64,000 nucleotides of DNA from an uncultured delta proteobacterium (GCA_963823335.1 CAWGLD010000005.1:366091-430090), one strand, 5' to 3'; counted from the first letter of the stretch, positions 46,421 to 55,782 are shown. Notes: generated by a model not told the origin, from the letters alone. Translations and numbers: made by a program.

Positions 46421-47401
46421 TTAGGTGTGTGCAATATCCGCTTCAAACTGCTGCAACAGAAACCGGTCATACCAGGCTGGTTGAAAAAGACCTTCGATAA
46501 AGCCATTGTGCCCTCCACGCTCGAGCATGATGACATCGGTGCCTGCGCTCGGCTTTAACCGCTGGAATTCCTGGATGGGAATAATGGGATCGTCTGCCGC
46601 TGTCAGGATACTGAGCGGCAGGGTAATCTTTCGGGTGAGTTCAGGCTGAATGCTGTAAGCCTGGAAGTATTCATGAGTACTGGCGTAGTCTGTATGCTTT
46701 TCAAGGAGCCGGGCCGTCATTTCCCGCAGGGTTTTCAGCTTCAGTATATCGGAAAAATCATAGAGCTCCGGATAAAGGGTCTGCTTCAAGGTCAGCGATC
46801 TGCGCCATTTCTTTAAAAAATAGCTCAGTATCAAAGGATTGCTGTCGATCCTGTCGGTGGCCTTGTCCGGGTCCAGTACCGGGCTGATACTCACCACGCG
46901 GTTCAGCTTGCAGGTGTCGTGACCGGCGTATCGGGCAGCGATACGAATGGCAAAATTTCCCCCTAAAGAAAAACCCACCAGATACACAGGCCCTCCCCGG
47001 TTAAAATTGGACGCCTGATGTACAGCATCCCAGACCTCGTCCAGCAGGGTTGCATAAAACAAGCCTTTGTTCAGCTGATGACTGTTGCCGTGATCTCTTA
47101 AATTGAGACGAAAGACAGAGAAGCCGTTTCTGTATAGGTAATCGCCACAGGTCACCATATAAGTTGAATGCGAACTTCCCTCCCATCCGTGAAGCAATAT
47201 GACCAGACCCCGGTTTGTTTCTTTTGATCGGGGTGTATAGACACCTAACAGTTTGGTGTTCTTGCGAGTTTCCAGGACAACCGGTCTTTCCTGGCGCAGC
47301 AAAGCTTTTTTACCCCAGGTACGTATGTTCAGGCTGGCAAGCAATGTCTGAACGACAGCGGGTTTGAGGTAGAACGGTGGCTGGAACGGGGTGAGGTGCA
47401 T
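46421..47401 (-). CDS. Alpha/beta-fold hydrolase (YheT/ABHD-like)
   Basis: 'LLHGWEGS' and nucleophile elbow 'GFSLGGN'. C-terminal 'GGHNGF' His region. Confidence 0.8.
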   Translation of the reverse strand: MHLTPFQPPFYLKPAVVQTLLASLNIRTWGKKALLRQERPVVLETRKNTKLLGVYTPRSKETNRGLVILLHGWEGSSHSTYMVTCGDYLYRNGFSVFRLNLRDHGNSHQLNKGLFYATLLDEVWDAVHQASNFNRGGPVYLVGFSLGGNFAIRIAARYAGHDTCKLNRVVSISPVLDPDKATDRIDSNPLILSYFLKKWRRSLTLKQTLYPELYDFSDILKLKTLREMTARLLEKHTDYASTHEYFQAYSIQPELTRKITLPLSILTAADDPIIPIQEFQRLKPSAGTDVIMLERGGHNGFIEGLFQPAWYDRFLLQQFEADIAHT

Positions 47402-47424
47402 AAGCGATTTGGCATCCTATCCTA

Positions 47425-49116
47425 TTATTTAAAGGGTTTCCCCAGGGCCTGGTAACACTTGCTGATGTAGGGACCTATATGCTCTTGATTCTTGAAGTCA
47501 AGAAAATAGGTAAGCGCTCTATCATACTCTTTACGATTCATATAATTGATACCCTGGCATACATTCAAATCCATGCTGCTTCTGTATTGGCTGAGCCCCT
47601 GATCCAGTATCTGGATCGATTTTTCAAAGGAACCTTCCTGCTGATAGAGCAGGCCGAGACCCAGGTAGCTTCGGTGATTTGGATAGCAGGCAAGGGATTT
47701 ATGAAAAAGTGTTTTGGAAATCGATGTCCTGTCGGGGATGGCATCTATTTTCGAATAATCCCCATGGCTGAAGGTCATTGCGAGCCTGGAATAAAAATCG
47801 GCATGCAGTCGGTTGAACGCCGGATCTTTGATGAGATCGATATCCTCGACAAAAGACGGCAGGTTTTGATAAAAGGCATGTCTGATGGCTTTTCCGTAGC
47901 TAAGGATATCTTTTGGTTCTATACGGGGGTCAATCTCAAAATAAAGCAGATCTTCTATGCGGTTCTGCCAGACTTCTTCCGTGATGCAGCCTTGGTCAAG
48001 GAGCTCCTGATATAATTGCGTGCCTGGAAAAATATCGAGAATATAGGTGATAACGCTGAGAGGCTTTATGGTCCGAATCAAACTGATAGTGGCTTGAATA
48101 CTCTCCTCTGATTCACCCGGGGAACCATAAATGAAATAGGCACGCGGCATGATACCGTAGTGCTTGACGAGGTCGAATGCTTTTTTGATTTGAGAAATAT
48201 TTAGGGGTTTGTTAAGTTTTTTACGGATCTTTTCAGAGCCGCTTTCGATACCGAAACTGATCTGGATGCAACCGGCTTTTCGCATCCATGCAAGTAGATC
48301 AGCATGGATGTGGTTGACGCGTGCAATGGCAACCCATGTAATATCGAGCCGTCTATGAATAATTTCCTGGCAGATGGCTTGAACCCACTCTTTTTTGTAG
48401 GTGAACGTATCGTCTGAGAAGTAGAAAAAATGAATGCCTTTTTGGGTGAGCAATTCCAGTTGATCCACGAAATAACCGGGAGAGTGGGTACGAACCCGCG
48501 GGCCCCAGAAAAGAGGAGAACCGCAGAAAACACAGTTACCAGGACAGCCCCTGGTAAAGGCCACATGCTGGAATTGAAAATACCGGGCAGGGTTGGGGAA
48601 TTGGTCCAGGTTTTCAACGGGTTCTGCCGGGTCTGTTTTTTGTGGCCGTCCATGATGGCGAAAGGCGATACCACGAATATGCGGGATTTTATCATGTGCG
48701 CCCGTATCCAGCGCGTTGACGAGCTGCAGAAAGGGAATTTCACCCTCTCCAAGGACGATATAATCGATGTCTTGGAAATGAGTCAGCAGGTGATCCCACA
48801 AAAAGGTGGCACCGATACCACCGAAAACGATTTTGATGTCAGGGTTCAGGCTTTTGGCGATTTTGGCAATGTCGATGCCGCCCCATCGATTGGCGTGGAG
48901 GATGGAGAAGCCTATGATGTCCGGGCGTTCTTTGATGATAATCTCAGGAATACGATCGGGCGTATGATGTGCATCGTGCAGATTGTAGATCTGGACATCG
49001 TAATCATTTTCTTTCAGCAGCGCCCCCACATAGTAGATGCCGATGGGGGGTACACTGATATCGTATTCATGGATTCTCTTGTCGAGAAAATAGGGATAGA
49101 TCAGTAATATTTTCAT
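47425..49116 (-). CDS. B12-binding-domain radical SAM protein with C-terminal TPR-like repeats
   Basis: N-terminal cobalamin-binding-like Rossmann region. Radical SAM cluster motif 'CPGNCVFC' (Cx3Cx2C). C-terminal 'YLGLGLLYQQEGSFEKSI..' TPR-like helices. Confidence 0.82.
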   Translation of the reverse strand: MKILLIYPYFLDKRIHEYDISVPPIGIYYVGALLKENDYDVQIYNLHDAHHTPDRIPEIIIKERPDIIGFSILHANRWGGIDIAKIAKSLNPDIKIVFGGIGATFLWDHLLTHFQDIDYIVLGEGEIPFLQLVNALDTGAHDKIPHIRGIAFRHHGRPQKTDPAEPVENLDQFPNPARYFQFQHVAFTRGCPGNCVFCGSPLFWGPRVRTHSPGYFVDQLELLTQKGIHFFYFSDDTFTYKKEWVQAICQEIIHRRLDITWVAIARVNHIHADLLAWMRKAGCIQISFGIESGSEKIRKKLNKPLNISQIKKAFDLVKHYGIMPRAYFIYGSPGESEESIQATISLIRTIKPLSVITYILDIFPGTQLYQELLDQGCITEEVWQNRIEDLLYFEIDPRIEPKDILSYGKAIRHAFYQNLPSFVEDIDLIKDPAFNRLHADFYSRLAMTFSHGDYSKIDAIPDRTSISKTLFHKSLACYPNHRSYLGLGLLYQQEGSFEKSIQILDQGLSQYRSSMDLNVCQGINYMNRKEYDRALTYFLDFKNQEHIGPYISKCYQALGKPFK

Positions 49117-49141
49117 GCGATAAAATCGTTAAACGATTTTA

Positions 49142-50407
49142 TCATATAAAGCTCCATTTCTTTTTCACCATGAGATGAAGCACCCTGACAACGATGGGAT
49201 AATTGGCGGTTTCTCCAGCGCTGTCCACGGGAACGCCGTCGACAGCTTCGACAATTGACAGGATATTGCCGAAAGGATAGCTGTACAAAAGCTCATTCTC
49301 CATTACCAGTACGCTGAAATGATCCGCATTCACCTTGGCCAGTTGAGCATTTTTTATTTCGGCCGGGTCGTCATAGTTGATGCCGATCTCTTCACCTTCG
49401 TATTTCTTCAACAGCGCTTCAAAGTTGGGTTTGGGCAACAGAGTTTTCAAAATGGTATCCGTCCTTTTTTGCTTGTCTTCTCTTTCTATTCTCAATGCCT
49501 CGGCTATTGCTTCTTCAATTTTCCTTTGTGCTTCCTGTTCTTCTATCCTTTTTGTTTCAGCCTCCTCGAGGGCCTCCTTTTGCTTTTTGAGGGATTCGGT
49601 CTCCAGCCTCAGGAAGTCTGTTTCCTGGTTCAAGCTTTCGATTTGTTTCTGGGTGGCCTCGTTTTTTTTAAGCGCCTCCTGTTCTGCCTTCTTCAATGTC
49701 TCCGTATCCATTTTCAGTGATGCGGCATCCATTTTCAAAGAAGCGATTTCCTTCTCTAACAAATCGATGGTTTGTTTTTCTTTTTCAACAGCCGCGGCCT
49801 TTTGATTTTCCTCTTTCTCTTTTTCATCCTGTTGCTTCTTGAGAGCTTCAGCTTTTTGATTTTCTTCTTTCTCTTTCTCATCCTGTTGCTTCTTTAGCGC
49901 TTCAGCTTTTTCTTTTTCCTCTTTCTCTTTTCTTTCCTGTTCCTTTCTGATGGCTTCGGCCTTTTCTTTTTCCTCTCTTTCCTTTTTATCCTGCTGCTGC
50001 TTGAAGGCCTCGTCTTTTTTCCGTTCTTCTTTTTCTGCTTCTTTTTGAAGGGTCAGCGCTTTTTTTAATTCCTCGGCTTCTCTTTTTTCCTGTTCTATTT
50101 TTAATGCTTCGGCTTCTTTTCTTTCCTGTTCCTCTTTTTGGAGTCTTTCCTGGAATTCATAATATTTCGAAAAAATAATGCCGCATTTAATACATTCAGC
50201 CGCTGACGGCGGCACATCATGACCGCATTTTGGACAAGCGGAAAGATTCGGGGATACTGCCTTCTGAACGGCGATAGGTGGGGTCACGCCGCTTTTTAAT
50301 GATTTTTTCAAGACCAGGGAAAGGGTCACGCCGCATTTGTCACATTCTATTGCTGACGCGTCATTCTCATTTCCGCATTTCGGGCACTGAATTGAGTTGC
50401 CACCCAT
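49142..50407 (-). CDS. Double zinc-ribbon protein with long Glu/Lys-rich coiled coil and an unknown C-terminal domain
   Basis: 'CPKCG..14..CDKCG' and 'CPKCG..12..CIKCG' ribbons. E/K-rich repeats. Start at 50407 has a perfect SD 'AAGGAGG'. Confidence 0.7.
   Translation of the reverse strand: MGGNSIQCPKCGNENDASAIECDKCGVTLSLVLKKSLKSGVTPPIAVQKAVSPNLSACPKCGHDVPPSAAECIKCGIIFSKYYEFQERLQKEEQERKEAEALKIEQEKREAEELKKALTLQKEAEKEERKKDEAFKQQQDKKEREEKEKAEAIRKEQERKEKEEKEKAEALKKQQDEKEKEENQKAEALKKQQDEKEKEENQKAAAVEKEKQTIDLLEKEIASLKMDAASLKMDTETLKKAEQEALKKNEATQKQIESLNQETDFLRLETESLKKQKEALEEAETKRIEEQEAQRKIEEAIAEALRIEREDKQKRTDTILKTLLPKPNFEALLKKYEGEEIGINYDDPAEIKNAQLAKVNADHFSVLVMENELLYSYPFGNILSIVEAVDGVPVDSAGETANYPIVVRVLHLMVKKKWSFI
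49797..50012. repeat. Four tandem 54-nt (18-aa) coding repeats; the two copies at 49797-49904 are near-identical
   Basis: 49797-49850 and 49851-49904 differ at a few positions (peptide 'AEALKKQQDEKEKEENQK' x2). Two more diverged units follow. Confidence 0.8.
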
Positions 50408-50716
50408 TCGACTTCCTCCTTTTAAAGCGTAGGAAATATCATCTGAAAAGAAAGATTTTGAAACAATATACTTATCACCAACCATCCCGCAGGTCAAGAC
50501 CTTGAACGCTGTCCATTGCACCCGATGATTGATCGAAAAGCCTTTCATTGACAAGGGGTTAGGGCTCTGGTATTTTTAAATACTATTAGATTGGTTTTCT
50601 TTTGGGAAAGTCCCATGCCCTTGTCACGGTATTGTGCTAAAAAGAATAACCATTGATGACGATGACTTAACGAAGGCAAGAGATGCTTACTTCCCTGGGA
50701 AGCGTTGGAGCAACGC

Positions 50717-52174
50717 ATGAATCGTGAAAGCTTTATCAATCGTCTAAGAACCGATTTGCTGGCCATGGTCGAGAATCATTTAACTCCCGTTGCTATGAAA
50801 TACGGTTATAGTGAAGCGCCTTTGGAGACAAATATCAAATGGAAACCCCTTGTGCTGGTTATCGGCAACTATTCATCCGGAAAATCAACCCTGATCAACG
50901 ATTTTCTGGGAGGTGAAATTCAGGCTACCGGACAGGCACCTACGGATGATTCCTTTACGGTCATTACTTATGACCCTTCCACGTCGCCTGATGGACCTAT
51001 CCGTGTAACCGAAGAACGGGATGGTAAATTTCTGCTGAACGACCCCGAATACCCGTTCGGGTCCATGAAAAAACACGGGCAGCGCTTTTTTTCACATTTT
51101 CGTCTAAAAAAAGTCAATGCCCCTTTTCTAAAAAATCTTTCCGTGATCGATACACCCGGCATGCTCGACAGTATTACAGAAAGAGACCGTGGTTATGATT
51201 ATCAGAATGTCATCGGCGATTTGGCACAGATAGCGGATCTTGTTCTGGTGCTTTTCGATTCCCATAAAGCCGGCACGGTCCGTGAGGCCCATACCAGCTT
51301 GAGAGATACGCTGCCGACCCGAACATTTGAAGATCGCGTACTATTTGTACTGAATAGAATTGATGAATGCGTTTCCCTTGTGGATTTATTACAGGTATAT
51401 GGAACTTTGTGCTGGAATTTATCCCAAATTACCGGTCGCAAGGATATTCCTTCGATCCATCTGACGTACTCACCTGCGGCAATGAAACAATCACCACATA
51501 GTTTCGAAAGGGATCTGGGTTTTTTAAAATATCTTGAAAATCAGCGTACAGAGTTGAAAAATGCCATTTTGATGGCACCACGTCACAGGCTTGACAATCT
51601 GGCAACCTTTGTTGAAACTCATGCAGAACGCGTGTCTCATTTGCTGGAGGCACTTCTGGCCTACCAGAAACGGTTTCAGAAATATAAGATTCGAAATCTC
51701 CTGATGGGCATTTTATTCTCTGTATTCTGCGCTGCCTTGGCCCAAATCGGTTTGATGGCCATGCCGAGTTTTGCGTCTGTCGATCAGGGTATGGTGCTTG
51801 CCTCGAGCGGTCTCGTTTTTGTGGTGATATTTTTGGCATGGGTTTTTTATATCAAAAAATTGTTTTATCATCGATTTAGAAAGCGGCAGCTGAAGCAGTT
51901 GGATGGCTTGACACCCCTTGAGAACCAGACGCGCAGGGACAGCTGGGATTCAATACATGGGCTGGTGTCCAGCTATATCAAAAAAACGGCTGGACAATTT
52001 TCCAAGCGTGATCTGAAAAAGGAGTATGAATCGGTATGGATGGTATTTGAAAAAGGTGCCAAGAAAATCCGGGAGGCTTTGAATGAATTGGCAACCATTC
52101 ATCATGATGACGCCGCGGAGGTGGATAGATGGGTGGACAGGCAATCCACGTTATTGAAGGAAACCCGGGAATAA
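50717..52174 (+). CDS. Dynamin-superfamily NTPase with an EHD-like G domain and a C-proximal TM hairpin
   Basis: P-loop 'GNYSSGKST', 'DTPG', 'NRID'. EHD-like blocks 'RGYDY..V......ADLVLVLFDSHK' and 'VYGTLCWNLSQI'. Two hydrophobic helices at about aa 330-385. Confidence 0.75.
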   Translation: MNRESFINRLRTDLLAMVENHLTPVAMKYGYSEAPLETNIKWKPLVLVIGNYSSGKSTLINDFLGGEIQATGQAPTDDSFTVITYDPSTSPDGPIRVTEERDGKFLLNDPEYPFGSMKKHGQRFFSHFRLKKVNAPFLKNLSVIDTPGMLDSITERDRGYDYQNVIGDLAQIADLVLVLFDSHKAGTVREAHTSLRDTLPTRTFEDRVLFVLNRIDECVSLVDLLQVYGTLCWNLSQITGRKDIPSIHLTYSPAAMKQSPHSFERDLGFLKYLENQRTELKNAILMAPRHRLDNLATFVETHAERVSHLLEALLAYQKRFQKYKIRNLLMGILFSVFCAALAQIGLMAMPSFASVDQGMVLASSGLVFVVIFLAWVFYIKKLFYHRFRKRQLKQLDGLTPLENQTRRDSWDSIHGLVSSYIKKTAGQFSKRDLKKEYESVWMVFEKGAKKIREALNELATIHHDDAAEVDRWVDRQSTLLKETRE

Positions 52175-52241
52175 AAAGCCTTAGGTAAATATCATATTGA
52201 ACTTTTCATCAGAAGCACCCCCATCCTTACAAACACAGAAC

Positions 52242-53411
52242 ATGGCGGGGCGCATCATAACCGCCATTTTTTGTCGACTGCTCTTAAACACGGCAAGACG
52301 GTTTGCTTATCCGTTTGCCCCGGTTTTGAGCCGGGGTTTAGGGGTTCCCCTTACAGCCATTACCTCTCTCATCGCGGTCAATCAAGCTACAGCCATTCTG
52401 GGAATCGGCTTTGGCCCGCTTTCCGATCGTTTTGGTTACCGTCGGATGATGCTCATTGGTATGGGCATGCTATCACTGGGTATGTTGGCTGCAGGTTTTT
52501 TCCCATTCTATTATTCAGTCATGATCGCCTTGTTTCTGGCGGGTTTGGGCAAGAGTGTATTTGATCCCGCCATCCAAGCATATGTGAGCCGGCAGGTTCC
52601 CTATCATAAGCGGGGGATGGTTATCGGATTATTGGAAACGAGCTGGGCCGGCAGCACACTGATCGGCATTCCCTGTATGGCCATCCTCATGAATCGACTT
52701 GACTGGCGTGCTCCTTTTTATGTGCTGGGCGGTCTTGGTCTGGTGGGTCTATTTGCCCTGGTCTCCTTATTCCCCAATGACAAACGGGCCAAAAGCCCTG
52801 TTTTAAAAAAAGAGACCTTATGGAGCGCATGGCCGTACTTGATCGTGGACAGGTCGGCTTTAGGGGCATTGGGTTATGCGTTCTTTATCAGCGTTGCCAA
52901 TGATAACCTGTTTGTTGTTTATGGGGCCTGGCTGGAACAATCCTTTCATGTCAGTGTCGTTGTGCTCGGTATTGGAACCGGCGTTATTGGTTTGGCAGAA
53001 TTGTGTGGGGAAGGGCTTACGATTTTGATTTCCGACCGGATCGGCCTGCGCCGGTCCATTTTTTCCGGTCTGGTGTTGACCATTGTCAATTATGCTTTGA
53101 TTCCCTTGTATGAGGTGGGTCTGTCGTTTTCTCTGGTGGGGATTTTTATGGTTTTTCTAAGCTTTGAATTTATGATTGTGACCAGTATGTCTCTGTGTAC
53201 TGAAATTCTTCCGGCTCACCGTGCCACCATGATGGCAGCCTTTTTTGCAGCAGCAGGCGCAGGCAGGGTTATCGGTGCTCTAATCGGGGGGCATATATGG
53301 CTTTTCGGCGGTATATGGCTTACAGGCATGGTATCTGCCGGTATCACGCTGCTGGCTTTATTTTCGCTGATACTCGGATTGAAAGCCTGGCATCCTGTTT
53401 TGGATGCCTGA
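52242..53411 (+). CDS. MFS transporter
   Basis: About 12 TM segments. 'G.LSDRFGYRR' loop 2-3 motif. Start is uncertain (TTG 52197 or ATG 52242). Confidence 0.8.
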   Translation: MAGRIITAIFCRLLLNTARRFAYPFAPVLSRGLGVPLTAITSLIAVNQATAILGIGFGPLSDRFGYRRMMLIGMGMLSLGMLAAGFFPFYYSVMIALFLAGLGKSVFDPAIQAYVSRQVPYHKRGMVIGLLETSWAGSTLIGIPCMAILMNRLDWRAPFYVLGGLGLVGLFALVSLFPNDKRAKSPVLKKETLWSAWPYLIVDRSALGALGYAFFISVANDNLFVVYGAWLEQSFHVSVVVLGIGTGVIGLAELCGEGLTILISDRIGLRRSIFSGLVLTIVNYALIPLYEVGLSFSLVGIFMVFLSFEFMIVTSMSLCTEILPAHRATMMAAFFAAAGAGRVIGALIGGHIWLFGGIWLTGMVSAGITLLALFSLILGLKAWHPVLDA

Positions 53412-53415
53412 TGAC

Positions 53416-53772
53416 TCAGACCAGGCCCTCCCCCCTTAAGCGGGTCATGGCTGATTGTCCGATGCTTGTCACGTGACTCAAGGCTTTCGAGAGATGATAT
53501 GGGGCGTCATGGATTACTTTTGAATTCAGCATAACGACGGCGTTGTTGATGTGCCTGAGGGCCGTTTCCCAGTGTTCATTCGGTGCAAGTTTCATCCCCA
53601 GGTGGATTTCATTGGTAACCATGCCCACCAGTGCCGCAATAATCTGCTCGGCCCCCGGTTTGTTCTGCTCCGTTAACCCAACAACTATTTCGATGGCCTG
53701 AGACGTCCATATAAGACCCGCTTTGATTTTTTCACTTTGTGAGAATGCCAATATCGCCGATTGTGTATCCAT
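53416..53772 (-). CDS. Hypothetical all-helical protein (118 aa)
   Basis: Only an ORF of coding-like composition. No motif recognised. Confidence 0.4.
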   Translation of the reverse strand: MDTQSAILAFSQSEKIKAGLIWTSQAIEIVVGLTEQNKPGAEQIIAALVGMVTNEIHLGMKLAPNEHWETALRHINNAVVMLNSKVIHDAPYHLSKALSHVTSIGQSAMTRLRGEGLV

Positions 53773-53836
53773 TTTTTATTGTCCTTTGTTTATTTTGACA
53801 GTTTTCAGCCAATAGGGTAATATAAACAGACTTGAA

Positions 53837-54415
53837 TTGAAAGCAATTAGGCATATCTTTATGAAAACGGTTGTAAATTCGATTTTTGATATGGGTAGCC
53901 GGCAGCATTTTCGAACAGGCTGTGCTGGAGGCGCTCGGCAGTTCAAGGGGTGGTTGGGTCTGTTTTTTGTTGTTGTCGCGGCAATCATTCTGGTGTCGGG
54001 TTGCGGTGTCCTGAAACCGATCGAAAACGCATCTGTCGAGGGTGGCCTTTCACAAGCAGGCACGGTGGGTGCAGGTGTTTATCATGATTTTGATGATATT
54101 CTCATTCCCAAAACCATGCAGGTAAACCGCAAGATGACATCCGTATTTGAAACCTCCACCATTTCGGCCGGGGTTCTTTCAGTGGGTGGGATGCTTAAAA
54201 TTGATGAATTAATTGAATTTTTCAAGACGAACATGACAAAAGACAACTGGACGCTCATCAGTATGTTCAAAGGACCACGATCGATACTTCAATTTGAGAA
54301 AGGAAACCGCTGGTGTATAATGACCTTGATGGACAGGCGATACGGCTACAAGACACAGGTTGAAATATGGGTCACACCGAAAAATGAAGCCCAGTCGTCT
54401 GGCTTATTGAAGTGA
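53837..54415 (+). CDS. Lipoprotein of unknown function
   Basis: Lipobox 'LVSGCG' after a hydrophobic h-region. Confidence 0.55.
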   Translation: MKAIRHIFMKTVVNSIFDMGSRQHFRTGCAGGARQFKGWLGLFFVVVAAIILVSGCGVLKPIENASVEGGLSQAGTVGAGVYHDFDDILIPKTMQVNRKMTSVFETSTISAGVLSVGGMLKIDELIEFFKTNMTKDNWTLISMFKGPRSILQFEKGNRWCIMTLMDRRYGYKTQVEIWVTPKNEAQSSGLLK

Positions 54416-54521
54416 TATTTACTCGAGGCCCTAAACTAATTTAATACGTATGGTCCGGCCGCTGGATAATCCCTGTTCGACTGTGAAAAACTCGTTCTAA
54501 AGTGGCTGTAATGCCGAAAAT

Positions 54522-54565
54522 AGCGACAACGTCGCGATGAATAAATTTGTGCAACAAATTTATTT
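54522..54565. repeat. Family G double-hairpin element (GCGACAACGTCGC + AATAAATTTGT-gca-ACAAATTTATT) 12 nt upstream of the coaBC start
   Basis: Read directly. Confidence 0.8.
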
Positions 54566-54576
54566 GGGGATACGAG

Positions 54577-55782
54577 ATGACAATCACACTGCAGAAAAAA
54601 AATATCGTATTGGGTATAAGCGGCGGTATTGCGGCTTACAAAAGTGTCGAGTTGCTTCGCTTGTTGACGAAACATGGAGCAGATGTCCGCGTACTCATGA
54701 CCAGAAATGCATGTCGATTCGTTGGCCCGTTGACATTTGAAGCACTTTCTGGAAAGGCGGTTTGTACGAATCTTTTCGAAGAGGGACACAATGCGAACAT
54801 CGGGCATATAGCATGGGCAAAAGATGCCGGTGCCGTGATTATTGCCCCTGCCACTGCCAATATTATCGGTAAAATGGCCGGCGGTATTGCCGATGATGCT
54901 TTGACGACATTTCTGATGGTGGCAACGGCACCTATTTTGATCTGTCCATCCATGAACACGGACATGTATCAGAGCCCGGCGGTTCAACGCAACCTGTCCA
55001 TGCTTGAAAAAGACGGTCATACTGTCCTCAGACCCGATTCCGGTGAACTTGCCTGTGGTGTTACCGGGCCCGGAAGACTGCCTGATCCTGAAGAGATTGT
55101 GGGGCGTTTGGCCAAAGTCATGAGCCCTCAAGACCTGTCCGGCAAGCGGATTCTGGTGACGGCGGGCCCCACACAGGAACCCATGGATCCGGTTCGTTTC
55201 CTGAGCAATCCTTCCTCCGGGAAAATGGGATTTGCAATTGCCAGGGCAGCTGAACAGAGAGGTGCGCAGGTGACGCTGATATCCGGTCCTTCCAATCTTC
55301 AAGATCCCTATGATGTGAAGGTGATTCGTATCCAAACAGCAGCTCAAATGGCTGCCGCTGTTTTTGAACATTTCGAGCATGTGGATATCATTATAAAGTC
55401 CGCTGCGGTGAGTGACTACCGACCCAGGGATATCAGCGCCGAAAAGATGAAAAAGGGAAAGAATGAGATGGTGCTGAATCTTGTCAGAAACCAGGATATC
55501 TTAGCAGAGATCGGCCAGCAAAAAGGCGACCGTTTCCTGGTGGGGTTTGCGGCCGAGACCGAAGCGCTTGATCAGAATGCAACCAAAAAGCTGAGCAAAA
55601 AAAATCTCGACATGATTGTGGGCAATATTGTCAAGGGCCAGGACTCCGCTTTTGGATCGGACACCAACAGGGCATCGCTGTATTACCGTGACGGCACACA
55701 TGAAACCCTGCCCATGATGGACAAGGAAAGTCTTGCACACAGCCTGCTCGATCGAATTGTTGAAAGACGGAATAAGCTTTAA
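54577..55782 (+). CDS. coaBC: Bifunctional phosphopantothenoylcysteine decarboxylase / phosphopantothenate-cysteine ligase
   Basis: '[13 protein letters not shown]', '[16 protein letters not shown]', 'VTAGPT.EP.DPVR..SN.SSGKMG'. Confidence 0.93.
   Translation: MTITLQKKNIVLGISGGIAAYKSVELLRLLTKHGADVRVLMTRNACRFVGPLTFEALSGKAVCTNLFEEGHNANIGHIAWAKDAGAVIIAPATANIIGKMAGGIADDALTTFLMVATAPILICPSMNTDMYQSPAVQRNLSMLEKDGHTVLRPDSGELACGVTGPGRLPDPEEIVGRLAKVMSPQDLSGKRILVTAGPTQEPMDPVRFLSNPSSGKMGFAIARAAEQRGAQVTLISGPSNLQDPYDVKVIRIQTAAQMAAAVFEHFEHVDIIIKSAAVSDYRPRDISAEKMKKGKNEMVLNLVRNQDILAEIGQQKGDRFLVGFAAETEALDQNATKKLSKKNLDMIVGNIVKGQDSAFGSDTNRASLYYRDGTHETLPMMDKESLAHSLLDRIVERRNKL

Noticed and set aside
54436-55380. 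314-aa ORF on the minus strand
   Set aside because: Antisense to coaBC. Arg/Cys/His-rich composition typical of a non-coding frame.
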